The notes under the pieces are model-generated. The model saw only the letters and a program-made list of their open reading frames with translations, was not told the origin of the DNA and did no database searches. Positions 15,108-30,598 of a stretch of DNA of 64,000 nt are shown one piece after another. A program made the position numbers and the translations under genes. The stretch's first letter is position 1. Each line of letters begins with the position of its first letter. The stretch is from the NCBI RefSeq assembly GCF_009914755.1, contig NC_060925.1. The stretch is one strand, 5' to 3'. The DNA comes from the human T2T-CHM13v2.0 reference genome, Homo sapiens.

Positions 15108-18100
15108 CAATTTTTTTTTATATTTTGTCAAGTTTTCTGGGTTTTTTTATGTTAACGTTTAGAGGAAGATCCAATCCCAGCTACTTTCTAATGACGAAGG
15201 ACAGATTAATTGCACATTAGAGCAACAATGTTGTTCATTAGAGTGTGGTCTAGATTCTTGTCTGGGGTCAACTTGTCTTGACTATTTACTGGTAAAGTTT
15301 CTGTTTCCCCCTGCATGCGGTGCTGCTGTGTTAGCTAGAAACCCAGATTCTACCACATGGAAGTGGGTTCAGTTTGATCTACCTCTGAGAGTTGGAGATA
15401 GAGCATAGTGATTTTTGAAGAAAAAATACACAGCAGACTACTCCCTGTGCCCATTATGTTTTCTGTAGCTAAAGGGCCTTGTCCCCAGATGCCTAGACTG
15501 TGGTGAACCTTATACTACTAGAGACTCACTCAGGATTTTGGTCGTTATTTCTTAACCCAGGTGGTATCAGTTTAATATTCTTTAAAGTATTTCTGAACAT
15601 TTATGTATGGTATGCATGAAATATTTCACAGTAAAAATTAAGAGTTTTGCTTACAGTAAAGTTGAAACTTTAGAATTATGAAGTTCACATTTTGTGTTTT
15701 AGCATTTGTGAGGTGAACATATTCCTGTGGACATATTGTGATCAGAAAACAGCAAGCAACCAAGCAAACAAACCAAGAAATAAAAACCTACTTGGCAATG
15801 TTCTATCAATCCTAAAAACAAGATGTCTGAGGAAAATTATTAATTGTTATGAGGAACCTGATTAACTATATTTCAGTATTGTAGTACTATTAAAAAGTTG
15901 GTCAATCCAGGTGAATAAAATGTAGTTTCTACCCTCAAGGACCTACAAGGTGTGTATGGTAGTAGAGTCAGGGGAATGGGGACAGATCATAGGCTTAAGG
16001 AGATAATTAAGAAATAACAAATAAGAATGGGTGATGGAGAGTCACAGGATATTATTAGAGCACAAAGGGAAAGATTTTTAGGTAGAAATGGCTCATTAAC
16101 TGACTCTAATAAAGTAAACAAATTATTTAGGCAAAGGGCATGGGTGATGTGATGTGATGTAATGCAGTGTGGGAAAGTTGGGAAGGTCATAAACAGACAT
16201 AAACAAGGGCAGTAAGACAAGAAATGGCATGGTAGGTGCAGAAACTATTGATGTTCTATTTGTCTGGGGCATAAAGTAAGAGACTGGGATTGCCTGGAAA
16301 TGAGGCTCAACACTATAAGTAGATTTCATACCATGTTAACAAGCTTGAACTTTACCTACCTTGTAGGGGAATCATTAAAGGACTTTAAGAAAATTGTACT
16401 CATAAACACATCTGTGTTTCACATACGGTGGAGCGTGGAGTTAATATGGACAAGAAGAGAGGTTAGAAGAGTCAAAAGATTATTATAGTAATTGAGTTCA
16501 GAGATGATGCCTGCCCCTAAACAAAGGTTAACGATAGAAGAGAGGGAGTAATTGACAAATCAATGACACAGATGATATGCCATCAAGGAACTAGAAGAGG
16601 TAGCCAGACTAGAGGAAAGGGGTTTGAATGGTTTATGTATATTATTTCATAGGAAAAGGTCTGCAAGTTAAGAGAGATTATACTTTATGGCTCTGGTTTT
16701 CTCAATGAAAGTAGTCTGAAAGTAAGTGGAGTATTTCATAAGATGTGTGCAGATTTAGAGTACTAGTTGAGGGAGAGGAGGCTAAGTACAAATCAAAGAA
16801 TTGTTGGGCGCTGAGGATCCAGCTGAGGTTGGAAAATATGACTTTATTGTGGCAGCATCTAAAAGACTAGGAGATTTCTCACTAGCAGCACTCAATTGTT
16901 ATGGTGTAGGGAAGAGGAGATTAAAGCCCTGATTGGGGGTTTTGTTGGACTAAGTTGAGAGGATAAAGTTTCAGAGTTTCTCTTAGTAGTAGTCAAAAGC
17001 TTTCTTTAGGTGAGCAAAACCTACTTTTTAAAATGTCTGTCCAGCACTCCTATGACAAGGAGGAAAATTGCATTTATCGGAGTTTCTCTTGGGAAGAACG
17101 ATGTACACTATTATTTGAAAGAACTATTTCTAGAATAGTTCCCCAAAGGTATGTTGAAGCAATAAATAATATGAAATGATATGCATAGAGGGGGGATTTT
17201 GTTTTGATCAACAGAGAGAGGACACAGTACAAAAACAAGAAAAATGGAAGAAAGAGAAGAAGATTGCAGAAGTCTGACTCCTGTACAATATAACTCCTCA
17301 TCACCACCCCTAAGTATTTGGGCACATACTCATAAATACCTAATAGAAACTAATTTATCATGTAAACTAGACAAGAAACTAATGCAATGGATATTTCATT
17401 GCAAGGGATACAGTTGCAAAATACAGATACAGGAACTAGAGGCACAGTGGATCATGAGAATTTAACCTCTCAGGGGTGAACATTGATGATTCACATTGTT
17501 TACCTTCATTGGCAGGAAGGCCCGCACTACAGTATCTCAAGAACAAGATTCAAACTCTTCTCTCCATGTCCTCTGACTGCCTATATGCCTTATACATAGG
17601 AAGTCTTCAATAGATAAACTCTATTCTGAGGCATCCCCTCAAGGATGTATAAGAGGAAATGAAGAAAAAAGTGACTGGATTTCTGACCTTTCACTGCCTC
17701 TGAATAAACAACTCAAAGCACAGCTCAGTACTGTCATTTTTATATAACAAGGGCATGACATTTTCAAACATCAAAGAACTATGATAGCACATGAAAATTT
17801 TCTGAGCAAGACTGGGTAACCAAAAACATATGTGCATTCAGGACTTATTGTACCTTCCTGTGGCTGGGCTAAAAAGTAAAACCACTCTAAAAGCAACCAT
17901 ATACCAAAAGCCATAGGTATCTGTTCCTAAAGGTAAATGCTGGCTCCCAGGTCTCTTCTGGCTGATCCAAAAAAGACATTGTCTGGAAACAGCTTGTCAG
18001 ATTGGTCACTATAATGGCTAATGCTGGATTAATCAATAATCAGGTTAAATTTGTGCTTAGTATGTCAGCAAAGCAGGGCTGCCACATTTTTTCCCCCAAT

Positions 18101-18772
18101 GAAATGCTTCCAAGTAATCACTATAGGAAAACGTATTGGGCAAGGTTTGGAATTCTTTTGATTTGGGATTATATTGGGAGCTGGAGAGATAGAAACCATA
18201 CTTTTATCAGTAATTATATCTTCAAAAATTACTCTGTGACTTCTGAAGATGGGTATTATTGGCAGACATATTGGTGTTGGTTCTTAAACAAAGAGATACC
18301 AAATAAATTGAGACAGTCACTGAAGGGGAAAAAGGAAAATGTCTAAGTTCATTTGATGAAGATGCAGGACAGAAAATATTTTACAATATTGTCTTACCCA
18401 TTCAGCTATCAAGTCTTAAATAACTCAAACTCTTTAAGCTAACAAGATGTTGACTAATAGAAGTCCTTAGGGAACTGATTTAATGAATAGATAATAATTA
18501 TTCATAAAATAATCATAATTAGCATATCAATTGTATGTAAATCTACTACTTCTGAAGTATTATACTTGAGGGTGTTGAAGGTGCTTAGAAACACTTCATA
18601 GTCTACATTATTTTAAACCTTCTGCTTATAATTAAATTGTACTGTCTGTAAGCAAATAATTATTTTTGGCAAAGAAAACTTTATTTAAGTCCAGTTCAAC
18701 CTCAGATATCCTAAACAATCATGAAATCTGAATACTGTAGTTTTAAAAAAGATTTTATTGTAGCTTTTATAT

Positions 18773-18816
18773 TTTCCTCCTCCTCTTCCTCCTTTTCCTC
18801 CTCTTCCTTCTTCCTT
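18773..18816. repeat. (TCC/TTC)n pyrimidine tract
   Basis: ttcctcctcctcttcctccttttcctcctcttccttcttcc. Confidence 0.8.
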
Positions 18817-20027
18817 TAGTAATATAGGGAAGGAAATCCAGAAGATGTGCCTATATTTGACATGAGTAAAAAAGACTCCAAAGATAATTTATAAAATTAT
18901 AAATTATTAACAGTTTATCTTAAAGTATACCATAATTGCTCATTTTGCATTCCAAAGCACATGTAACATCAGAGTGGTCAGGCTGGTATCTTCTATTTAG
19001 CTATAGCCATGTAACCAATGGGGTAGTGTGTTGCTTACTACTGCCAAAACCCAACAAAACTTTTCTATTTTTATGGAAGATATGAGAAGAGGATAGCTTT
19101 TGATGAGATGTAAATAAGCTGTGTCTCTGGTTACTATCAAAATGTATTAATCCATTATATTAACCAAGGTAAAGTTATTATAATATTATTAACATTAATA
19201 TCAGTGGGAAAATATCCTATTGGCCTACTATTCAAGCTTTGAATCAAAGATAGTTTCCAGGCCATACTAAGCATCCTTAAAAAGTAACTAACAAATATCT
19301 TGGAACTTAAATATCCTCTATCCTGTCAATATTAAAGAGAAACTCTAAAACATTATACTGGTTTTTCCCTCCTCTTCTGAGATATCAAGAACCTCAAGTG
19401 GCCAATTGTTTTATGAAATAATCCTATAGCTTAAAAAAAGTTAAGATCTCATGTGCCTATTTTGAATCTCTACCTAAATATCTCATATACTGATGTATGT
19501 ATACATGATTGTCCTTCTGCTGCTTAAAATCTTCCAGCACCTACCTATTGCATTGCCTTTAGCATGCAATTTACATTTATTAGCATGGCATATACAGACA
19601 TTTGAGGGACAGATTTCCTATTCATTGTCCAGTCCTTGCCAAAATTCTTAATGCCGTTATTATCTCTCTATCTATAGGCTCCAAGTATTGCATCCTCTCT
19701 CATGACTCCCTGTCTTTGCACACGCTGCTTTCTCTATTGGGAATGCCCTTCCCTGCTGTACCTACTGGCAACCTGACATGTGAATCCACAATCACTGATA
19801 AAAGCTGATCACGTGTTCCCAACATTTTTCCAACTCACATTCTGAAAAAATTGCTCAGGGATTCTCTTCTTTGTGCTTCTCCTGGTTATACTGGTACTAT
19901 GCTGAATTATAATCATTGATTTTATTTTCTCTTTGCCAGAAGTTGCTTTACTTGAGGTTGAGGACTATTGTTATTGTTTCAGCTCTATGACTGTAGGATA
20001 TCACACAGGGATTGAGACACGGTGGAT

Positions 20028-20362
<335 letters not shown>

Positions 20363-20479
20363 TAAATAACTTAATTTTTAAAAATTTTGAAGAACCACAG
20401 TTAATATATTTCCATATCCTTACCAGCCTGGATTATTATACCTGTAATCTCATACTGGCTTTGTTTTTTTTTTAATCTT

Positions 20480-21030
20480 CCTTAAGTCTCTGCTTAAATG
20501 CCACCTTATCAGAATGGCCTTCTCTAAACTCCCCATTAAAAAAAAAAATCACTCGATCCTCACTCTATTACCCTCTTTCTAGCCAGCCTTGCTATCTTTC
20601 TATATAACAGTTATCATATCCTGATATATATATATATATATATTTTTTTTTTCTCCTTGTTTTTTTCTCTGGAAAGTAAGTTCCTTCAGAGCAGTCAGAG
20701 TATTTGGTTTCTTATCTGCTGTATCCCTAGTTTTTAAAATAGTGTTTGAAACATAGAAAGTATAAAATTCATTCATTTAACAAATATTTATCGAGAGTCC
20801 AGTATTGTTCTAAGTGCTTCTGATACATTGGTGAACAAAGCACTTTGCCTATGTAGTTTACATTGAGTTGCTGGAGTGGAGGAGTGAGGAGGGCAAAAGA
20901 AAGATAATAAAAAATAAATATAATAAACAAGGTAATCATGTACTATATTGGAAGACATATGGAAAAAATAAAGTGCAGTGAAGAGGATCAGGTGTACTAA
21001 GGAGTCAGATTACACTGTTAAATAGGTTGG
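20480..21030. mobile_element. L2 3' fragments in both orientations, with (TA)n at 20624-20643
   Basis: gtctctgcttaaatgccaccttatcaga (+) and ttcattcatttaacaaatatttatcgag (-) are L2 hallmarks. Confidence 0.6.
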
Positions 21031-22022
21031 TCAAATAAATATTTAGGAATAAATAATATTTATTGAATAAATAAGTATGTATTATATGAATGAATAAATA
21101 TTTGTTTAATGAATGAATATGTCTCCTATTTGGTCAGCTATTTCATATATATGTATATATTCCCTTATCTAGAACAATGCCTGGCACAAAATAAATAACC
21201 AATAAATAATTATGGAACGAATGAATTAATAGACTTCGTTAAATTTTCAGTAGTAATCATCTCTGTATCCTCAGTGCAGCAGTTGAAATAAGTAATTAGA
21301 TATTACAATAAGTAATTAGACATACAACATGTATATGTATGTAAAATAGCTGACCAAACAGAATATATACTCATACATACATACATAAACTTGAATTAGT
21401 TAAATAACTTTGGCTCACTAACAACAACAACATGAATGAAAATTTCGTGAATAGAAACTTACTTTTGTTTGAACTAGATATTTCAGCTAATGTAAAAATA
21501 ATTTGGAAATCTATATTCTTAAATAAGGTAACCTGATCATAGGACATCTGTGTTGGAAATAAATTTGTACAATTCCTAGTGATGTCATTCCTTTCACTGA
21601 AAAAAAGCTGTGCTATGTTTCACTCAGATAGGGCTTTAGAGGAAGAGCCAAATCTCCTAAACTACCAATCTAGTGTTCTTTCCATTGTATCAGAGCAATT
21701 CAAATCTAAATTTTCATTTCTGAGTTGACCTACTAGCCTTGTATAAATTCAACATATGTTATGTCTCAAGGTAAAGTCAATTTGTTTTCTGTATTTCAGT
21801 CTCCTAAGCTATAAAAAAGGATAAGGAAGAAAAAATTTGCCATCTGCTTTGTGAGCATATCGCTAGAAATAATAATGTTGCTATGTGAACTTCTAACTCC
21901 CAACTTTAGCTCATTTATCTTGGATATCTAATTACTTGTTTCATATATTCAAAGATTTTTATTGGGCTGGTTCAGGCACTGTGCTAAGCACTGAGAATAC
22001 AGAGATGATTACCACTGGATAA

Positions 22023-22317
22023 TTTTTTTTTTTCCGGAGAGGGAGTCTTGCTCTGTCACCCAGGCTGGAGTGCAGTGGCGCGATCTTGGCTCACTGTAAA
22101 ACTCTGCCTCCCAGATTCAAGCAATTCTCCTGCCTCAGCATCCTGAATAGCTGGGATTACAGGCGCATGCCACCATGCCCAGCTAATTTTTGTATTTTTA
22201 GTAGAGACGGGGTTTCACCATGTTGATCAGGCTGGTCTCGAACTCCTGACCTCGTGATCCACCCACCTTGGCCTCCCAAAGTGCTGGGATTACAGGCATG
22301 AGCCACCGTACCCGGCC
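22023..22317 (-). mobile_element. AluS
   Basis: Perfect TSD ACCACTGGATAATTT. Confidence 0.95.
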
Positions 22318-22766
22318 ACCACTGGATAATTTAACAAAGCCCACTTATTAATTCATTCCATAATTATTTATTGGCTATTTACTTTGTGCCAGAAATTGTT
22401 CTAGATATGGGAAGAGCAGCAAAAAACAGAATATGCAGTCACTGCTCTTATGTAGTTTGCGTTTTAAGAGATGGGAGGCGAGACAAATAATAATCAACTA
22501 AACATAGACAATGTAATGTTAGGCTGATTATCCCTAAGAAGAAAACTAAAATACAGAAGGGGATAGAGAGTGATGGGATAGTTATGATTTTAAATATAAC
22601 CATCAGGAAAGGCCTCTCTGAGGGGGTCACTTCTGAGCAATACTTAAATGAAATAAGAGAGAAAACTGCAAAGATGTGGGAGATGGGCATTCAAGGCAAA
22701 AAGTAGAGCCGGAGGCTGATCTGCTTGACAGCATGTTCTAGATATAACAAGGTGGCCTGTATGAGC

Positions 22767-22959
22767 AGTGTGCTAGAGCCAGCTAGTACTGGCCCGTGAG
22801 GACTAATTATGTGCATCTCTTCCCAACTCTGTGTTTATCATATTTGTAGCTTGAAATTGGCCATAGTGGGAGTACTTACATTAAGCAAATCAGCAGACAC
22901 AATGAAGCAGTGCTTCTCTGCCAAAGAGCCGTTTCTTAAACTTTTGCCGGCACACCAGT
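22767..22959. mobile_element. MER63A-like hAT element within an L2 fragment
   Basis: gtgtgctagagccagc..catctcttcccaactc..agcttgaaattggccatagtgggagta..gcacaccagtg. Confidence 0.7.
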
Positions 22960-23544
22960 GTTTTTGTTCCAGTGCACTGAAGAAGGGGAGATTAGTAAAG
23001 GCAAAATCATCTTGTCAGGATTTAGATCTGACTTCTATGAGCCCAATTCACATGGTGGAGTCCTGGTCAAATGATTGTGCTTGTTTCCTTATAAATCCTT
23101 ATAAACTCCCATACCCCAAAACTTGAAGTAAACTTGATAGTTACTGCTTTTCTTATTTGCAAACAATGTCAAAGAAAAAAGCCTTTCTTCCCTATCCCTG
23201 AACTTATGTGCCATTTCTACTTTTCAAAAATGTTTAGCCTCCTCCTTTGATCTGTAACTTTGGTTTTATCGTGTTCACAATACCACCATCTAAACCTGAA
23301 AGAACATAAAACAGCCTAGAGAAAGGCTAGGAATCAAAAATACTAATACTTCTCAAAGTGAGTAGGACATAATAATGGTTTCGTAATACCCAAATAGAAA
23401 GATATAGTACTTTCGTGCAGCCCTAAAATACTCAGCATCGTAGAACTGCTATCGTAATTTTTTTAGAACTTCTTGTCAGCTATGAGTGTGATGGTAGTGA
23501 TGGTAAAGCAAGTAATGCATTGCAAAAAATGTCATATGACATTG

Positions 23545-23847
<303 letters not shown>

Positions 23848-24372
23848 TCATTGTTTTCAATTAATTCACAGTGTATGCAATTACAATTAATGTGTAGAGA
23901 GAATCTTATTTTTACTTTTTTATATAAGTGATAGATTTCATTGATTAACTCAGATACTTAAATACAGATAAAAAGAGGTTAAAAGCAAAATAAAAGTTTT
24001 ATTGGTTATGAATCTGGTTGCAAGTCATAGAAATAACTTGACTGGCTTAAAGAAAAGAGAGAGACACACACGGACAGAGACAGAGACAAAGAGAGAGAGA
24101 GACTCAAGGGAAAGATTAGCTTTGGATCTTAGGAAATACTGGAACTAGGAACTGGAAAGCCATTGTAGATATAGTCTCTGTCACTTAGTTTTGTTCTCTC
24201 TACATCAGCTTCATTCTTTTTTCCCTTCTTTAGATCAGTTATCTCTCCTCTTAGCCCACATTGTAGAAACTGGCTATCCACTATTTCTGAGTTGACGTTA
24301 CATTTCTAATGAAAAAAGAGGGCCAACAGAGTCTTTTCTCTTATTTCTTAACTTCCGTGTGGAAGAATCTGA

Positions 24373-24867
<495 letters not shown>

Positions 24868-24884
24868 CAAAATCTTTCACAGTA

Positions 24885-25290
24885 AATTCTAGAGTAGAAA
24901 CAGACTTAAAAAAGATCACCAAATCCAATCCACTGCCCAGTACAGTGATCTGTCCTGCCATCTCTCTAACAGATGCATTCAGCCTCTGCTTGAACACACA
25001 TAATAGTAGAGAGCTGACTAAAGCATGAGGCAGCTCATTCCAGTATGAAGCAGTTTTATTGTTAGAAGGTTCATTCTTAAGCTGAGCTGAAATTTGCCTC
25101 TCTATAACTTTAATCCATTCTGCTTTGTAGAACAATAAAAACATGCCTAGTTCCTCTTTTTTGTATGTCAGCCCTTTATTTATTACAAGATAACATGTTC
25201 TTCACTAGTCTTCCCCATGGTAAACATCTCCAACTCCTTCAAACATTCTTTCTTGGACATGGATCCCCTATCCTTCACTATTTTAGCAGT
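24885..25290 (-). mobile_element. L3/CR1 fragment
   Basis: tcagcctctgcttgaacac..ggcagctcattcca..ttgttagaaggttcattctt..ctgaaatttgcctctctataactttaatccatt resembles the CR1/L3 3' region. Confidence 0.55.
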
Positions 25291-25409
25291 CAGTTGGCTT
25301 TCATTTGTCTAAAAAAAAATTTGTTCTCTGAATGTATAAAGCAGTAAAGGAATACCTTGGCTCATATCAGAGTCAGTCTTCAGAAAGTGGGTGATTCAGC
25401 AGCTCAGTT

Positions 25410-26426
<1,017 letters not shown>

Positions 26427-27642
26427 TTAGTGTGGCTGCCAACATTGATCAGAGCTATATGCTTCCATTGGATACATTTGTGTTATCATCACACATACAT
26501 TTCATGCTTGTTGACTCACCTTTGAACCAACTCCTGGATTCAAGGAAATGCTATGCTTTGATTGGTTTTAGGTCTGAATTACCTGAAACTATCACCAGGA
26601 AAGGAGAATGATTACTTTGATTGGTTTACCTCTGGAGCTGGGAAAGGGGTCAAACCTACCCAACTTGCATGGCTACTCCACAACAAGAGCACAGAATGAA
26701 CACTAAGCTACCGATCAGAATGCCCTCCCTTATCATCCTAGTATAAGGAGAATTGTTTTCTTCATATTTATTCTTACTCAACATAATTTGTGGGCAAAAT
26801 TGAGTAGAACACGGTGAGACTATGACAACCTTAACTGAATGCTTACTTCATTAACAAAACCTAAGATTGTAATTGCTTTGGGTCAATGCCTCATGATTTC
26901 TTTACAGGGACTGTTATCAAGCCACACATCTCCTTATATGGAAAGTATTTATGCAGCTTGCTTTTTTTTTTTTTAATACTGTGAATACATACAATTTTTA
27001 TTTGTCAATTAGAAATAAAAACAAAAGACTAAAGCAATAGGGCCATTGTGTACATCAATGGACTTTCTAGTTGGCAAGTTCCCATTTAAGTTAAGTGAAC
27101 AGGAGAATTTCTAAAAACCAGAATTAGGAATGGGTGTATAAATCCACAGTAGTATACTGTCTCTCTCTATAAGTTCATTCAATTTTTTAAAGAAAAATTA
27201 ATCCTTTTTGTTGTTCAGAGCTGTAACATCCTTCTCTAACCACCTTTATAAAACAGTACCCTCACCCAGCGACTATTTCTTTAACCTGTTATATTTCCTT
27301 CAAAACTCTTACCATCCTCAAAAACATTTAATTTGTCTACTTGCTCATAGTTTATCTCTTCCACTACAATGTAAGTTTCGTGAGAGAAAGGCTTTTTTAC
27401 TTCTGGTTTACTGTTGTATCCTTAGTGCCTGGAACAGTATCTGGCGTACAGTAAGTGCTCAGTAAGTACTGACTGAATTAATGAATTAATTATATAATGG
27501 ATAAATGAATAGAAATGCTATGGCTAGACCACTACAATCTCAAGAAATAATTCATATACATTATAAAAATGGGAAATAACAAAAGTTGTTTGATGTTATG
27601 GAAAATTGAGCATACTTACTAGTTTGCAATTTTGTGTGTGTG

Positions 27643-28072
27643 TTGTTTTTGTTTTTAACTTTTAAGTTCAGGGTTACAAGTGCAGATTTGTTACATAGGT
27701 AAACTTGCATCATTGGGGTTTGTTGTATAGATTATGTCATTACCCAGGTATTAAGCTTGGTACCCATTAGTTATTTTTCCTGACCCTCTCCCTCCTCCCA
27801 CCCTCCACTCTCCTAAAGGCCCTAGTGTGTGTTGTTCCTCTCTATGTGTTCATATTTTCATTATTTAGCTCCCACTTATAAGTGAGAACATGCAGTATTT
27901 GGTTTTCTGTTCCTATGTTAGTTTGCTAAGGATAATTTCCTCCCCCTGCAAAGGACGTGATCTCATTCTTTTTCATGGCTGTATAGTGTTCTACAGTATA
28001 TATGTACCACATTGTCTTTATCCGGTCTATAGTTGATGGGCATTTAGGTTGACTCTATGTCTTTGCTTTTAT
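27643..28072 (-). mobile_element. L1PA (older primate subfamily) 3' end
   Basis: ttttaagttcagggttacaagtgcag..gctcccacttataagtgagaacatgcagtatttggttttctgttcc. Confidence 0.88.
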
Positions 28073-28564
28073 GAAGAGAGTAGCTCGATTTTTTAACCTA
28101 TGAGAGACTTTCCATTTATATTCATTTTATATTCCTTTCAATATCATTTGGAATGCTGATTCTATCTTCCCAATATATTTGTCATTTGCAAATTTGGTAA
28201 ACATACGTCACTGTAAATATTAAATAAGAACAAAATCATATTCCCTTCCCCTTCCTCAAAATGATACTTTATTTCTATAATTGAAAATGGGTATGGGGGT
28301 GAGGGGATCATAGTCTGAAGTGACAATCCTTGAACAGAGACATCTGTTACAAAACAATTAAGAGACAACCAAATTGGAACTATTTTCAGCTTCATTTCTT
28401 AGTTCTTCATTGCTACTGTAAAGAATTAAAACTACTTTGAAAACTTTAGAAATATTAAAAGATTTTGAAAAGGCTGATGGCTTTCATTTGTTGTAGTTCC
28501 TTTCTTTGTGACGTTTTCAAAGAATTTAGTTTTGAAGTGTTATTCATTCCAGGTATGAGGTTAA

Positions 28565-28893
<329 letters not shown>

Positions 28894-29426
28894 TCAACTA
28901 CAGTATTTTTATTTGCAAATCACTTTCTTTGTTTTCATCTATGTGGCTGTTTGCATAAGGCCACATACATTATGATGTGGATTGTATAAGATTTTTGTAT
29001 TTCATAGTTGATAATATTACAAAGCAAAATGATGTTGTTTCCTGGGTATTTAGCATTTTTTCCCATCTTTTACTATTCTGTGTATTTTTCTTTACTTTTC
29101 TCATTTTCTCCCCTAGTTTAGGTCTTTATGTATGATCATTCTAAAAACTGCTGATCCACTCAAACTATTGTGTTCTCTTCCAAGAATAATCTTTATTATG
29201 TGCGCAATATAGGAAGGACAGCCAGCTATGCTGAGCTTTTTTCAGTAAACATGGAGATAAGCAGTCACTATTGCTGAATACAAAAGAGGCAATGTTTGTG
29301 CTAAAACGGTCCTTTGCTCACTGCCATCTAATTCCTTCTCTTTTTTAATGTAAAATTTATTTTTATCAAAGTAACACATGCCCATAGCTTAAAAAGTAAA
29401 TAGTTTTGGAAGATTTACATGACATT

Positions 29427-30012
29427 TTTAAACCAAAAGTATCTGAGACAGGTTTCAATCAATTTAGAAGTTTATTTTGCCAAGGATAAGGACATGTCTA
29501 TGACAGCCTCAGGAGGTTCTGAGAACATGTGCCCAATGTGGTCAGGCTACAGCTTGGTTTTATATGTTTTAGGGAGACATAAGATATCAATTAATACATG
29601 TTCTATCTGAAAAGGCAGGATAATTCAAAGCAGGGGCTTCCAGGTCATAGGTGGATTCAAAGATTTGGTGATTGGCAATTAGTTGAAAGAGTTTATCTAA
29701 AGACCTGGAATCAATAGAAGGGAGGGTCTGGTTTAAGATAAGGGCTTGTGGAAACCAAAGTTTTTATTATGCAGATGAAGCTTCCAGGTAGCAGGTTTTA
29801 GAGAGAATAGATTGTGTTAAGATCTCTGTTTTGATGTTAATGCTGGTCAGCTCCTGAAGACAGGATTCTGAAGACAGGAGGGTATAGTGAGGCCACCCAT
29901 TCCCATCAGGGCCTGAACACGTGTTTTGGGTTAACTTTGGAATGCCATTGGCCAAGAGGAGGAGTCCATTCAGTTGGAGGGGAGGGGCTTCAAATTTTAT
30001 TTTTGGCTTACA
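29427..30012 (-). mobile_element. MER4-group ERV1 solo LTR
   Basis: aaaccaaaagtatctgagacaggtttcaatcaatttagaagtttattttgccaagg...ttttatttttggcttaca. Confidence 0.8.
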
Positions 30013-30598
30013 ACAAAAACAAAATTCAAAAGTATACTCTTCTTTTTATTTCTCATCCTGTGGTGCGATGCCCCAGAAGCATAAGAGATAGAAGAGTATA
30101 CTTTTCAATTCTCCCTAATCATCGTGATATTTACCTCCATACTTCTGAAAAATATGTTTGTGTGCCATTTTCTCACCTATTAATTCTAGACATATTCTGC
30201 TGACTTCCTACTTTTGAAGATGAGAGTTTATAACCCTACCACATACACATATGTGCACATCCGTATTTCTCTTCCTTCTCTGACAAAATTGTTTCACAAT
30301 CTTAATTTTATTAGTATTCAGTGCTTATATTATTGTGAAGATGTAATTACTTTCACAAACCGAGCCACAGAGTGTGCTATAATTATATTTCTTTACAACT
30401 TTTTCCTTACCCTGTAGTTAATTTAAAACATATTTCATGTGTTTTTGATTAATGCTTTCCCTAAGCTTACCAATAGCACCACAAACCTGTACTAAACATA
30501 TACAGACATATTATATTTTATCTATAAAAGTTCCATATTTTTCTCAGATACGTCTTTCCTTGAGCCTTCTGGTCTCATATTCCATTGTAACCATAGGA

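Noticed and set aside
18002-18346. 114-aa ORF in non-repeat DNA
   Set aside because: Starts at a non-ATG codon, resembles no protein I know and has no evident splice structure; consistent with chance.
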